A DNA stretch of 35,313 bases from a virus (IMGVR_UViG_3300050026_000116:1-35313), one strand, 5' to 3'; shown: positions 17,229 to 27,466, counted from the first letter of the stretch. Program-made: numbers and translations. Notes: generated by a model not told the origin, from the letters alone.

Positions 17229-20200
17229 ATGCCTGATACATCGTTTCAAGAATTAGCAGCAACGCCGTCTGCGAAGCCTAAACAGACCTGGCCGCAGAAA
17301 GCGTCGGGGTTTGTGGATGAGTTGTTTTCACCAGTGAGTAAACCTATAGGGGCTGTTGCTGGTGGGTTGGGTGAGGCGGCCGCTAGAATATTAGCACCAA
17401 AGCAGGAACAAGCGTGGACAGTGGGGGCAACCACAGCAGGAGAACAACTACCACGAACTGCCGCTGAGGCGTTTTTAACCTCAAAAGGACTTCCTGGTAA
17501 GGCTCTTGGCTTAGGTGATGTCGCGATGCGCACCTTTGCTGAGACACCTACTACGGAACCCCTGTCTGCAAGGTTAGGGGCGACCGCTTTGCAGACAGGT
17601 GCGTTTATGGCTGCACCAAAGGGGGGGGAAATGGCGGGGAATATGACGAAAGCGTTAATGCCGACGACGTTGAATCCGTTGTTACGCACAGCCGCAACAA
17701 GAGGTGCGTCGTTGATAGGGACGCTAGGTGGGTTTGAGGTCGCGAACGCTGCAAGTGCGAAGGTTCAAGGGCAGAGTTATGATCCTTTCACGGCAGAGCA
17801 TTTGGCTGGAGTGGCGGCGAGTGTTTTGCCGTTTGAGGCTGCAGGAATGTATCAAGATGTGAAGCCACACCTGGTTGACCTTGCGGCGAGGTTGGCAGGA
17901 AAGAATGAGGCACAGAGGGTGATAAATACACATCAGCAGCTTGCACCTGTGGCGATGAGACAGGAAGAAGCGTATCCACAAGGAATGGACAAAGAAGAAA
18001 GTATTATTAAGTCTAATCGTTCATGGATAGCTCCTGATAATACTATTACTCATGCAGAAGTTAGTCACCCTAAAACCGCTATTGATATACTTCAGTCAAA
18101 GTTTGGTTTAACACATGATATGGATACATCAGAGGAAGCTCTGTATAAACAGGGTTATTTACGTAAAAATGAAGATTCCACAGACATAATGATTTCAGGG
18201 CAACAACCAAATGCAAAACAACTTCTTGAATTAAAGAACCAAGCAATTGAAAGTAACAAACGATTGTATATTGATGTTCTTGGTGCGGATGGTGTTTATA
18301 GAGGAAAGGCTGTTTTTGATCCCCGACCTCAACGCATGTCCCAACCCCTTCGTGACCACTTCACCAACCTCGAAGAACTCGGCCATAAAGTTGGTGATGA
18401 CTCGATGGATTATGAACGGCTTTCCAAACTCGACCGACTACCAGATGAGAGTCCTTTTGACTGGGCAGTGCGTAAGGCTGGCATTGACCCAAAGGTGTTT
18501 GCGAAAGCTGCACCGGACGAGATGTTTAAGTCACTAAAAGCAGTGTTTGAAAACATTGCACGTGATTCTTTAGGGTTACGTGAGGAGAACGTTCAAGCCT
18601 ACACCCGACAAACGCTTAACTTTGCTTACCGATTTGGTAGTGCTTTAGGGGAGACTAGAGTTATCCCCGCAGCACCAGATCAAAGCGGTGAAGCAGCTTC
18701 GTATCTTTGGCCGAAAAGCTCTAACCATGATGCTATTCTTGGAATACTAGACCCTAATTGGAGGTCTAAACTTCCACTTGATATAGCGTTAAAGGACTTT
18801 TATCAACAACTTGGCCACGAGTTTTATCATAACTGGGTTGATAAAATAGCATTAGGTGTAACCTCCGGGTTAGATGAGAAAACATTGACACATGTTACAA
18901 ATCTTTTTACTGCAGCGAATGATGCAAAGTGGACTACGGTAGAGATGGAACATGCAGTGCAACATATTGCATCGTCAATGACAGACCTGAAATATGCACA
19001 AAGATTACAATATAGAAGTAAGTATTATACTCCTGATGTTGTCGGTCGTCACGAAGCTATGGCAGACATTTTCAGTCTTCTTTCGTATGGTGCAATGCAC
19101 GGAAAAGCCAATGGCCGTGAACTCGGCGTCATCAGTGACCTCTTGAAGTTTTCCAGTGACGACTTTCGTAACGTTGCCCGACCAATGTTTCGTGATATAG
19201 GAACAATGGTAAGTCATTTTATCGACATCGTCAAGCGGTTACTAGGTTGGAAACCTTCGTCGATACGTTCGTTGCAAGACATCGTTGATAATATGAAAGG
19301 CTTGCAGAAGTCAGCAGAAGAGGCCGACCACGCTACAGAAGCGTTCTTACTCCACAATGAAATTCGCAACGCGACACCGCTTGCTCCTATCGCGCCAGTG
19401 TCGTATGATCGAGTTGAGAAGCTGTTTAGCTTACTGCATGGCGAACGTTACGACCCTGACCTAAAGAAAATGGCGCAAGATGTGGGGGAGAATGTTGTGC
19501 CACAAAAAATAGACCGCACGAAAAAGACGTTACCTATCCATCTTAACTGGTTGCACAATATGATTCCTCAAGTGCAGCTTGGACGTATCGTGCCTCAACT
19601 AGCAGACATGGCTAAGTTGGGGTTCCTACGCACTGGGATTATGAAGACTGCTGTTTGGGATTTTATGGAGGAGTTTAGAGGTGGTCTTTTGGATAAGTAT
19701 GGCGAGAAAGCTGTGCAGAGAAGTATAACTCCGGGGGGAGTTAATACAGCAGTGAGTGATGTTCAACGTGCACAAAATGAGATTGAAGGTGCGGACGCGG
19801 GTAGAGCGTTCACACCAGAAGAAAGAGAGAAAGTGCCGTCGTTTGCGGCGCTAAAACCTGAGGACAAAGTCAAGGCGGCAGAGTTTCTTACTAAGTATTC
19901 TTCGGCTGGTATGAAAGCGGCCGCAAGGCAAGTTTTAAGTTCAAAGCACGTTGCTGGGATTACCACTGGGTATTCTGTGCAAGAAGCAATAAGACATGCG
20001 GAGATGGATATTACTTGGGATAAAGCTGAGGCACTTGGTCATGCGATTGTAGAACAACACTTTGATACTGATATTCTGGCTCAGAGTCCTGAACATCCTG
20101 TTTATAGTAAGCAGGCCGCTGATGCGTTACAAGTATTGACTGAATTTGTAAAAGAAGACCCCCGTAACGCCGCTATTATCGCAAAAGCGGCGGAGATTTA

Positions 20201-22781
20201 TACCACTGACGACGAAGGTATACCGATAGAAGCAGGGAAAACTTCTCGTCCTGTGATGAATTATCGTGCCTTCCGTGAACACATGCAAGGAAAGTGGATT
20301 AAAGACGAGGAACATCCAGACGGTTACTTACAAGGTAAGCCAGGGTGGTCGAGTGAAGGACGTGCAGGGCAGTTTCTTATATACTCAAAGATGAAGGGCG
20401 AAGGTGAAGAAGTTGCAAAGCCACGAATGGTGGGGTATAACACACGCAAAGCTGCGAACAAGGCGTATAAAGAAATGGTGGATGCGTATAATAAGGACAA
20501 AGACCTACCAGTAGAGGAACAGAAGTGGGAATCGTTAAAGTTGATTGACAAGGAGAATGACGTGAAGGCGTATCAAGGACTACGTCCTGACTCTTTCAGA
20601 CTTCATAATGAGTTGATGAGTTCGTTAATAACACGTATTGCGTCACAGATGAAGGCAGAATTTCCGGGGAGTGAGGATGTTATTAACGAGATGCAGAAAG
20701 AGTTACAACCTTCTGCGGAAACCGTTGAGTTAATGAAAGCACCGTGGATGAAGGAGAGGGAGTTGGTGGGGGGTAGAGAAACCGTAAATATGCCCGACGC
20801 TCAGTTGAGGTATTACAACGCGGTTGCACATTCTATTGCGAAAAAGGAGATACGTGCGCAGCAACGGCTGTATCTTAACGACCCTAAAATGCGTGGGCAA
20901 GCGGAGTTACAGACAACCGCGAGAAAGTATTTTGACACGTTGGAGAACATGCACGATAGTTCGTACGGGAACTTGAAAGGGTTGGTGTTTATGAATTATT
21001 GTATGTTTTCGCCGTCGTTGGCGTTTGTGGAGTTGTCGCAGCAACTCACGAACCATTCACAAGAGTTAATCCAGTTGTCGGGGGATATTAGTGGGTCGTA
21101 TAAAGGTCTCGCACAAGCCAATAAGGATTATTTTAAGTCTGTGTGGGAAGGACATAAAGCTGGGCTTGGGTATAATAAATACGACCGCGAAGATGAGACT
21201 AACTTTATTCAATGGATGGATAAAAATGGGTTTCTTGGCGGCGGCACGCTGCAAGAGTATGCCCATGCAAGTGATGATGTTAGTTATATAAACGCCCGCA
21301 GCTCTATGGTTGGGGATAATAGTATTCTTGACCGACAAGGCTTGCTTGGTAAGTCGTTGTATCATATACAACAGTTCGGTATGAAGGCTCACGACATGGC
21401 TATACGGCTTAATACAGAGGTTTCCGCGATTTCCTCACGGAGGATGTTGGAAAAGTTACACCCAGACTGGACAGAGCAACAGTTGAATGATGAAGCGAAT
21501 ACAATTAGTCATTACTCTATGCACGGAGGGGGGAGTGCTAATCGTCCGTTGTTCTTTTTAGGGATTAAGGGGGGGTTGAGTCCGCAGGTGGGTGGGTTGA
21601 TGTATATATTACAGATGTATGTATATAACACAATCGCGCAACATGCGATACTAGCGAAGAACGCGATAACGGGAGCAGGACTTAGTGCGACTGAGAAGTT
21701 AGCCGCACAGAAGGCAGCTGGAGTGTCGTTAGCAACAATAGCAACGTTTGCGGGGATTAGTGGTATTCCCCTTGCTACGCAGTTGTTTGCACTTATTGAA
21801 CAGTTCTTTCCTCAAAGCGAACCAAAACGGAAAATGCGTGAGATGTTTTATGGGACGGGTGAGTGGTTGAATAGTAAAACACATCTTTACGCACAAGACC
21901 GTGATATGGGATCGTTTGTTGCAGACGCCGCAATGGATGGACTTATCAATAGTGTTCCTGGCGGAGTCAATATGTCAAGTCGATTTGAGCTTGGTGGACT
22001 TATGGGAGTGTCTCCTTACGGAGGGTTTGATTGGGCTAATATGTTAGGCCCGTCGAAGGATATGTTGAGTAGACTTATGGTGAAGGCCCCACAAGCCGCG
22101 GCTGCGGGTGATTTTTGGGGAGCGGCACGTGATCTGATACCTAACAATCAGATACGGCGAGTTGCGCAACTAGCGACGGACGGGTGGAATGTGCGTAACG
22201 CTGACCAACGGCTTAATGTTAAACTTACTGATGCTGAGAAGGTGATGCAAGCGGCGGGGTTTACTCCTAAAAGTATCTCTGACCAACGTGCTTTAGGGGA
22301 GGCCCAGAAACGGGCAGAGAAGATTGAGTCAGAGGATGCGAAGAAGTTCCACGAGCAGCAAGCGTCGTTGGTATTACAAGACAAGTTTGGTGAGGTAACG
22401 TCGAATCTTTACAATCGAGCGAAGACAGTTCACATGTACGACCCAAAAGAAGGTGCTCGACGTATCGCTGAACTTGTGCAACAAAGGACGACACCATTTG
22501 ATCCGACGAGAACAGGGACACGTGTGGGCCAAACCTATAACGTAGCAAAGTCGTATACTCACCCTCCTCAGAGTTCAGAAACTCAACGTTTATTAGAAAG
22601 GTTTGGCTTAACGCAGAAGCTAGGGTTTCCGCAGCGTCTATCCAAAACTGAGCTGTTGGAAGCGCAAATGCTAGATCAAGTGAAGTCAATGTATCCGACA
22701 ATGACACAAGTGGAGGCAAAGGAGATGATTGATAAGCAGTTTCATGCGGCGACACTGGCACAGCATGGGGTTCAGTTTTGA
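17229..22781 (+). CDS. Large (1850 aa) internal virion / polyvalent ejection protein with a zincin-like motif
   Basis: Last gene of the virion arm. Gly/Ala hydrophobic N-terminus, GHEFYH plus downstream HEAMAD, and a C-terminal membrane-helix-like region. Confidence 0.75.
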   Translation: MPDTSFQELAATPSAKPKQTWPQKASGFVDELFSPVSKPIGAVAGGLGEAAARILAPKQEQAWTVGATTAGEQLPRTAAEAFLTSKGLPGKALGLGDVAMRTFAETPTTEPLSARLGATALQTGAFMAAPKGGEMAGNMTKALMPTTLNPLLRTAATRGASLIGTLGGFEVANAASAKVQGQSYDPFTAEHLAGVAASVLPFEAAGMYQDVKPHLVDLAARLAGKNEAQRVINTHQQLAPVAMRQEEAYPQGMDKEESIIKSNRSWIAPDNTITHAEVSHPKTAIDILQSKFGLTHDMDTSEEALYKQGYLRKNEDSTDIMISGQQPNAKQLLELKNQAIESNKRLYIDVLGADGVYRGKAVFDPRPQRMSQPLRDHFTNLEELGHKVGDDSMDYERLSKLDRLPDESPFDWAVRKAGIDPKVFAKAAPDEMFKSLKAVFENIARDSLGLREENVQAYTRQTLNFAYRFGSALGETRVIPAAPDQSGEAASYLWPKSSNHDAILGILDPNWRSKLPLDIALKDFYQQLGHEFYHNWVDKIALGVTSGLDEKTLTHVTNLFTAANDAKWTTVEMEHAVQHIASSMTDLKYAQRLQYRSKYYTPDVVGRHEAMADIFSLLSYGAMHGKANGRELGVISDLLKFSSDDFRNVARPMFRDIGTMVSHFIDIVKRLLGWKPSSIRSLQDIVDNMKGLQKSAEEADHATEAFLLHNEIRNATPLAPIAPVSYDRVEKLFSLLHGERYDPDLKKMAQDVGENVVPQKIDRTKKTLPIHLNWLHNMIPQVQLGRIVPQLADMAKLGFLRTGIMKTAVWDFMEEFRGGLLDKYGEKAVQRSITPGGVNTAVSDVQRAQNEIEGADAGRAFTPEEREKVPSFAALKPEDKVKAAEFLTKYSSAGMKAAARQVLSSKHVAGITTGYSVQEAIRHAEMDITWDKAEALGHAIVEQHFDTDILAQSPEHPVYSKQAADALQVLTEFVKEDPRNAAIIAKAAEIYTTDDEGIPIEAGKTSRPVMNYRAFREHMQGKWIKDEEHPDGYLQGKPGWSSEGRAGQFLIYSKMKGEGEEVAKPRMVGYNTRKAANKAYKEMVDAYNKDKDLPVEEQKWESLKLIDKENDVKAYQGLRPDSFRLHNELMSSLITRIASQMKAEFPGSEDVINEMQKELQPSAETVELMKAPWMKERELVGGRETVNMPDAQLRYYNAVAHSIAKKEIRAQQRLYLNDPKMRGQAELQTTARKYFDTLENMHDSSYGNLKGLVFMNYCMFSPSLAFVELSQQLTNHSQELIQLSGDISGSYKGLAQANKDYFKSVWEGHKAGLGYNKYDREDETNFIQWMDKNGFLGGGTLQEYAHASDDVSYINARSSMVGDNSILDRQGLLGKSLYHIQQFGMKAHDMAIRLNTEVSAISSRRMLEKLHPDWTEQQLNDEANTISHYSMHGGGSANRPLFFLGIKGGLSPQVGGLMYILQMYVYNTIAQHAILAKNAITGAGLSATEKLAAQKAAGVSLATIATFAGISGIPLATQLFALIEQFFPQSEPKRKMREMFYGTGEWLNSKTHLYAQDRDMGSFVADAAMDGLINSVPGGVNMSSRFELGGLMGVSPYGGFDWANMLGPSKDMLSRLMVKAPQAAAAGDFWGAARDLIPNNQIRRVAQLATDGWNVRNADQRLNVKLTDAEKVMQAAGFTPKSISDQRALGEAQKRAEKIESEDAKKFHEQQASLVLQDKFGEVTSNLYNRAKTVHMYDPKEGARRIAELVQQRTTPFDPTRTGTRVGQTYNVAKSYTHPPQSSETQRLLERFGLTQKLGFPQRLSKTELLEAQMLDQVKSMYPTMTQVEAKEMIDKQFHAATLAQHGVQF

Positions 22782-22790
22782 TAGGAGTGG

Positions 22791-23966
22791 TCATATTTTT
22801 CTCACGTTTCCTGGTAAGCAAACAAAGCGTCTGTCTACCGTATTTACTTTTTCTGTTACGGTTATCGTTTGCCCTGTTTCAGCAAGATACCTTAAAGAGG
22901 TATATTGTTCCATTGAGTTCCTAAAGTGAGTAAAAGTAATCATTTTAAGTTCTTTCTCTAAGATTTTTCCACCAGCGTTTTTAATCACGCTGAGAACATA
23001 AAGGTTCCCTTCGTTCGTTTCAGACTTTCCCATTCGACTAGTGACCATAGGAAGCTGCGTCTGTATCTCGGCCAACAATCCTATTGCGAGTTCGATATGG
23101 GATTTGGTGACAACGAGGTCATTGCTTTCACTGATAGAGGAAAGGAGGGCGACTTTGAGGACGAGGATGTGTAAGGTGCTGTGCCAGTTAGTGAGAAATA
23201 TATCCCCAACTGGTGCTTTGTCTTTTAGATACCACGCCCAGAAGTAAGTCGATGCGTCAGGTGTAAGCCTCGCTTGCCCTGCGAGTGATTCGACTTCTTT
23301 TAAGCGTTTAACGCACGCCGCACGAGCTATTTTTGATTCTTCGGTTAAGATTGGTTTACATTTAACAATCCCTTCGTGGCAGACAAGAATGGCCCGACGA
23401 CCATAACCTTCAGAGAATTGTTTAGCTTTGAGTTGGTCGGTGAGCCATTCTGGTACGCTACAAGCGAGGAGAGTGACGTAAGGGTTTTCAATAAACCGTG
23501 TTTCGCCTTTTAGTCGGTATTTATAGGCTTTCTTACCGTAGACGTTGGTGAGAAAGGTGACCATTGCGATAGGATTTAGTTGAAGATAATCCATTAGTTC
23601 TTCCGCAAAGATGTGGTATGGTTTGAAGTCCACCAACTTTCCGGATTGCATATATTGACGAGTGCTGGCGTCAGTGTCAAGAAAGGTGATAATGCCCTGA
23701 TAGGTTTCGTTGTCGCCGCTGACGTTCAGGTCGGGCATAGCTTCAACAAGAAGGTCTAGGCCGAGAGTCATGGCAACGGTTTTGCGGCCTCCTGACGGGC
23801 CTATAAGAATAATGTAAGTGTCGCAGCGAGCAAAGAAGTAGTCAAGGTCGATGTAGACTTTGTGACCAATGGCGGCAGAAAGAAGTCCGTAGCCTGTCCA
23901 GAGGACGTAGGGTTTAGGACACTCATTGCCGGAGTTATACGACATGAAGTCGTGTAGAAAACTCAT
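22791..23966 (-). CDS. P-loop NTPase, DUF3987-like putative replicative helicase
   Basis: Walker A-like IILIGPSGGRKT, Walker B-like HIFAEEL, GYGRR arginine-finger region and a winged-helix-like C-terminus; near PolA. Confidence 0.75.
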   Translation of the reverse strand: MSFLHDFMSYNSGNECPKPYVLWTGYGLLSAAIGHKVYIDLDYFFARCDTYIILIGPSGGRKTVAMTLGLDLLVEAMPDLNVSGDNETYQGIITFLDTDASTRQYMQSGKLVDFKPYHIFAEELMDYLQLNPIAMVTFLTNVYGKKAYKYRLKGETRFIENPYVTLLACSVPEWLTDQLKAKQFSEGYGRRAILVCHEGIVKCKPILTEESKIARAACVKRLKEVESLAGQARLTPDASTYFWAWYLKDKAPVGDIFLTNWHSTLHILVLKVALLSSISESNDLVVTKSHIELAIGLLAEIQTQLPMVTSRMGKSETNEGNLYVLSVIKNAGGKILEKELKMITFTHFRNSMEQYTSLRYLAETGQTITVTEKVNTVDRRFVCLPGNVRKI

Positions 23967-24244
23967 GCAGTAATAATTCTGTTCGCTTTGTGGTTGCCGC
24001 CGCTGATGCGAGTAATAGTCATTATTTGACCATGTATAGGGTCTTTTACAAACTCGGTGCGGATAGTTTGCATTTCGAGGGTTTTTAGTTTGTCGCCGTG
24101 AACAATAAAAACGCCGTCCTTGCCGTGGTATTCGACGATGTAGTTTAGAAATGCGTTGTATTCGTGCTGCATTAGCTCAAGAGTGGCTAGGCGGGCTTCT
24201 AACGAGAGTATTTTGCGCTGTGAGAAGGATAGGTGATTATTCAT
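23963..24244 (-). CDS. Hypothetical protein
   Basis: 93 aa; ATGA-coupled to the NTPase gene. Confidence 0.7.
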   Translation of the reverse strand: MNNHLSFSQRKILSLEARLATLELMQHEYNAFLNYIVEYHGKDGVFIVHGDKLKTLEMQTIRTEFVKDPIHGQIMTITRISGGNHKANRIITA

Positions 24245-24252
24245 AGGTTGGG

Positions 24253-24265
24253 GTCATTTAATGAC
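24253..24265. promoter_or_regulatory. 13-bp palindrome GTCATTWAATGAC, copy 4
   Basis: GTCATTTAATGAC on +; 8 nt upstream of the minus-strand ATG at 24244; contains the TAA of the upstream gene. Confidence 0.85.
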
Positions 24266-24446
24266 ACGGACAGATTTCGATTTCGATGTCGCCGTCACGA
24301 AAAGTAAATAGTTTCGCGTCGGGCGACATGAACTCGGCTATTTTTCCGTCATCGGTTTGAGCGTTTTTAACAGTGAAGTATACTTCAACTTCACGATAGG
24401 GAAGTTTTAAGCATTCGAGTTCTCGGGTTAGGTCACTTAGTTTCAT
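24258..24446 (-). CDS. Hypothetical protein
   Basis: 62 aa; ATGA-coupled to the upstream ORF. Confidence 0.68.
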   Translation of the reverse strand: MKLSDLTRELECLKLPYREVEVYFTVKNAQTDDGKIAEFMSPDAKLFTFRDGDIEIEICPCH

Positions 24447-24658
24447 ATTTCGTAGTTTTGTGGTGGGGTTATTAGATTGTCTACATTATGAAAGAATGTT
24501 TCATAAGCTGATACGTTTAAAACTCGGTTACTTATTTTGTTAATCCTGGCCATTGTTTTACGGTGTGCGGTTGTTTGATCTGCTATACGATGAGCGTCGG
24601 CTTCACTATCAGTATTGATTTGTTCTTCACCGAACTCGGTTTTAATTTTGTATATCAT
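24443..24658 (-). CDS. Hypothetical protein
   Basis: 71 aa; ATGA-coupled to the polymerase stop. Confidence 0.68.
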   Translation of the reverse strand: MIYKIKTEFGEEQINTDSEADAHRIADQTTAHRKTMARINKISNRVLNVSAYETFFHNVDNLITPPQNYEI

Positions 24659-27297
24659 ATTACGCCTGCTTTTAGATTACCCCATGATTCGCCATACGCC
24701 CCTTCAAAAGGGATTACAATTTTTTGCCCCGCGATTTCCAGTGAGTTGTTAAACCAATGTCTAATCTTTGCAGTTGCGAAGGAGACATCTTCCTTACGGA
24801 ATTGACCAATGAGTGCGTCGTGAACGGTGTGAAGAGGCTGGACTTTAAGATTATATTGCGTAGCTGTTTTGCTATCTTTGGACTCCACGGAGTTATTTTC
24901 TGGGTCTTCCCAGAGAGCGTTGACTGCGAGTTTTGTTGCATAGGTTGTGTTGTGTTGTGGTTCTTCTGCACAGGCTTCCATAAAGGTTTTATGATCGTCT
25001 CGACGACCAAAAAAATCTCTTCTATGTCCACTTGCGCTGATAAGGTATCCTTTTGTTTTTAGTTGAGATTTAATCCACCGATGCCATAAGTGAATACCTG
25101 GATAACGAGAAAGGTAGACACCTGCTTCTATAAGGCACTTAGAAGGGGCGACATAAACCGGCTCTCCAAACAGCTTATAGCTGTCTTTGAGGATTTGGTC
25201 AGACATCGTGGCTTCTTTCATACCGTAATTAGTGCCGTGTTGAATACGCTTGCGAGCAAAATACATCCACTCGTCTTGGTTTATACCTTTGCTTTCTTCT
25301 TTGATACGTTCACGAGGCCAGCTATTTACTTGACGGCCGTGCATGGAGATAAGACTTAAGATTTTCGCTGGCTTTAGTCCGTAGAGATAGTCGTCGAGCA
25401 TCGTTGAATCGCCGACCGATTTACAATGAGCAGCGACGGTCCACCCGTCTGCTCCTGACAAGTCACATTGGAATAACCAATACCCTTCATCAGGCAAGAA
25501 CAAGTCGCGGTCTTTTTTCGTTGCAGTCTGGAGATTAAAGCCGCTGCCTGTGGGAGACTCATAACAAGACAACCTACCAGTCTTTGTCCCGACAAGATTA
25601 TATCCACATCTAATTCTACCATCGTCGTCAGTTTTAGCTTGTAAGGATTCACATCTTGTTCTGAGTGCACGGATTTTGAGGATGAGTTTAAGTGTCGGGT
25701 CTTGTGTTTTGCCGTATAATGTCAGTAATGCAAGCACATCCGTGGTCTCCTTTTCAGTTCGACGGCCGTGCTCTTTTTTGTATTGGATTGGGAGACCTAG
25801 TTGACGGTAGAGAAAGTCTGCGATTTGGTTTTTGCTTTCGACGTTGAGACAATGATCAGTTAAAACACTCAACCTGCCGTGATTCGCAAGGTTAAGGGGT
25901 TCTCGCAACAATCTTTCGGCTTCAACTGCGAGCTGGAGACAAGTATTTTTCGCATGGCTGATGATGTCGGACGTGAGATTGACAAAAGATGCGTCCCGTT
26001 TGAAACATAAGACGTCCCTACAGACGTCCACCCAGGCGGCAATACAATTGGGATGTGGCATACCTGCAATCTCGTTAAGCGCCCACTGGAGGCGGTTGAT
26101 TTTGGTTTGGAGGTCGTTGTATTTTTCACGTGCTTTTTTGCTGTCATAGTTTATTCCTTTTATTTCTTGGTAGAGCGTGGGTTCGAGTAGTTTCATGTTA
26201 AGGCGGTAGTGCTCTAGCTGCCGCCCTTTTAACTGTTTCAACAAAGCATCTCGTATTTCGTAGGTAACGGCGGAGTCTTTACAACAATACCGCCAGCGGG
26301 TGATTTGATCTTCGTCGTCACGTTCCTCTTTCCAGTAAGGTTCACGAGTGTAGATTGACGCTTGGAAGGCTAGGGACTTTTTCATCTCACAAAAAAGTTC
26401 CCAGTGCATAAGCATCGTGTCGTCAACGACGCCGCGAACGGGGATGTTGTAACCGTATTGGAGAACGAAGGTGTCGTAGAGGCTGTTCTGGAGGATTTTA
26501 GGAACTGTTGGGTCTGAAAGCACTTCTGCTAGACGACGTAAAATTTGTGTTTCTGCGGCCGCGTCCCAGTGGTTGGTGAAGGGTATTATGAAAGACTCTT
26601 GGGGTGAAACTGCAACACTAATACAAGTCATTCCGTCGACGTAGCCTTCGATGTCTATACTAATGGTGGTTTTGTTTGCTTGTATACTATCAAGTCGTTC
26701 GCAGATTTCTTCGACCGAGAGGCCGATAGTTAGTTGACGTTCAGGAAGGATTAACTCCGCCGACATCCCTTCATGCTTTGCACGTCGGAGGTCGAAAGCA
26801 AGTAGAGGTTTACCAGAGTATTCACGTAAGATTCCAGCTGGATGCAACGTTGCAAGACATTTGTATCTGACCCCGTTGAGGGAACCGTTAAAAAGACTAC
26901 CACGCCAGTTTGTGATTCCTGTCTCTCCAGTGAAGGCACGTAAAGGTGTGTTGCCAAGCAAGAGACATAGATTTGGCTTGAACTGCACGAGGTCGGTATG
27001 TAACTGTTTAAGTCCATTTTGTATTTCTTCTCCATTCCAGTTGAAGGCTTCGATTTTATTACCAGGAGGACGTATTTGACAAACGTTTCCGACAAAACAC
27101 GCATCACGTAGAATACCAACCTTTGCGGCCTCTGCCCAGAGTAAGCGGCCACTATAACCCACAAAAGGCCGCCCTTCGTATTCTTCGTCAGCGCCGGGAG
27201 CTTCACCGATAATAGCTATGCGGTAGGCTTGGTTGGCGTAGCGTGGGAAGTTATTCGGGACTAGGTTCTTTGTGAGTGGTTGAAGTTCTGAGTTCAT
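24655..27297 (-). CDS. polA: Family A DNA polymerase with N-terminal uracil-DNA glycosylase-like domain and 3'-5' exonuclease
   Basis: UDG family-4 motifs GEAPG, RPFVG.SG.LL, RPPGN, TLHPA. Exo I/II/III: DIEG, QNSLYD, YCCKD. Polymerase: TGRLS, motif A DLSGAD, motif B KRIQHGTNYG, motif C VHDAL. Confidence 0.95.
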   Translation of the reverse strand: MNSELQPLTKNLVPNNFPRYANQAYRIAIIGEAPGADEEYEGRPFVGYSGRLLWAEAAKVGILRDACFVGNVCQIRPPGNKIEAFNWNGEEIQNGLKQLHTDLVQFKPNLCLLLGNTPLRAFTGETGITNWRGSLFNGSLNGVRYKCLATLHPAGILREYSGKPLLAFDLRRAKHEGMSAELILPERQLTIGLSVEEICERLDSIQANKTTISIDIEGYVDGMTCISVAVSPQESFIIPFTNHWDAAAETQILRRLAEVLSDPTVPKILQNSLYDTFVLQYGYNIPVRGVVDDTMLMHWELFCEMKKSLAFQASIYTREPYWKEERDDEDQITRWRYCCKDSAVTYEIRDALLKQLKGRQLEHYRLNMKLLEPTLYQEIKGINYDSKKAREKYNDLQTKINRLQWALNEIAGMPHPNCIAAWVDVCRDVLCFKRDASFVNLTSDIISHAKNTCLQLAVEAERLLREPLNLANHGRLSVLTDHCLNVESKNQIADFLYRQLGLPIQYKKEHGRRTEKETTDVLALLTLYGKTQDPTLKLILKIRALRTRCESLQAKTDDDGRIRCGYNLVGTKTGRLSCYESPTGSGFNLQTATKKDRDLFLPDEGYWLFQCDLSGADGWTVAAHCKSVGDSTMLDDYLYGLKPAKILSLISMHGRQVNSWPRERIKEESKGINQDEWMYFARKRIQHGTNYGMKEATMSDQILKDSYKLFGEPVYVAPSKCLIEAGVYLSRYPGIHLWHRWIKSQLKTKGYLISASGHRRDFFGRRDDHKTFMEACAEEPQHNTTYATKLAVNALWEDPENNSVESKDSKTATQYNLKVQPLHTVHDALIGQFRKEDVSFATAKIRHWFNNSLEIAGQKIVIPFEGAYGESWGNLKAGVI

Positions 27298-27466
27298 TTC
27301 GTAGTTTTTTGTATATTGCTTCTTGCACGCGGAGAGGGAGTGTGTCGTAATCTACAATCTCGCCAAGTCCGTCACGGCATTGAGGATAACGCACGATGGA
27401 GGTGACACCAGTGGAAGTGAAGGTGATTTCGTAGGCGTCGCTGAAAGATATAACGAGAGTGGTCAT
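27251..27466 (-). CDS. Hypothetical protein
   Basis: 71 aa; ATGA-coupled upstream; overlaps the polA start. Confidence 0.6.
   Translation of the reverse strand: MTTLVISFSDAYEITFTSTGVTSIVRYPQCRDGLGEIVDYDTLPLRVQEAIYKKLRNELRTSTTHKEPSPE

Noticed and set aside
22782-22790. Bidirectional terminator at the convergence of the two arms
   Set aside because: Only 9 nt separate the stops and no hairpin is evident.
24018-24030. GTCATTATTTGAC as a seventh palindrome copy
   Set aside because: Two mismatches break the dyad and it lies inside a coding region.
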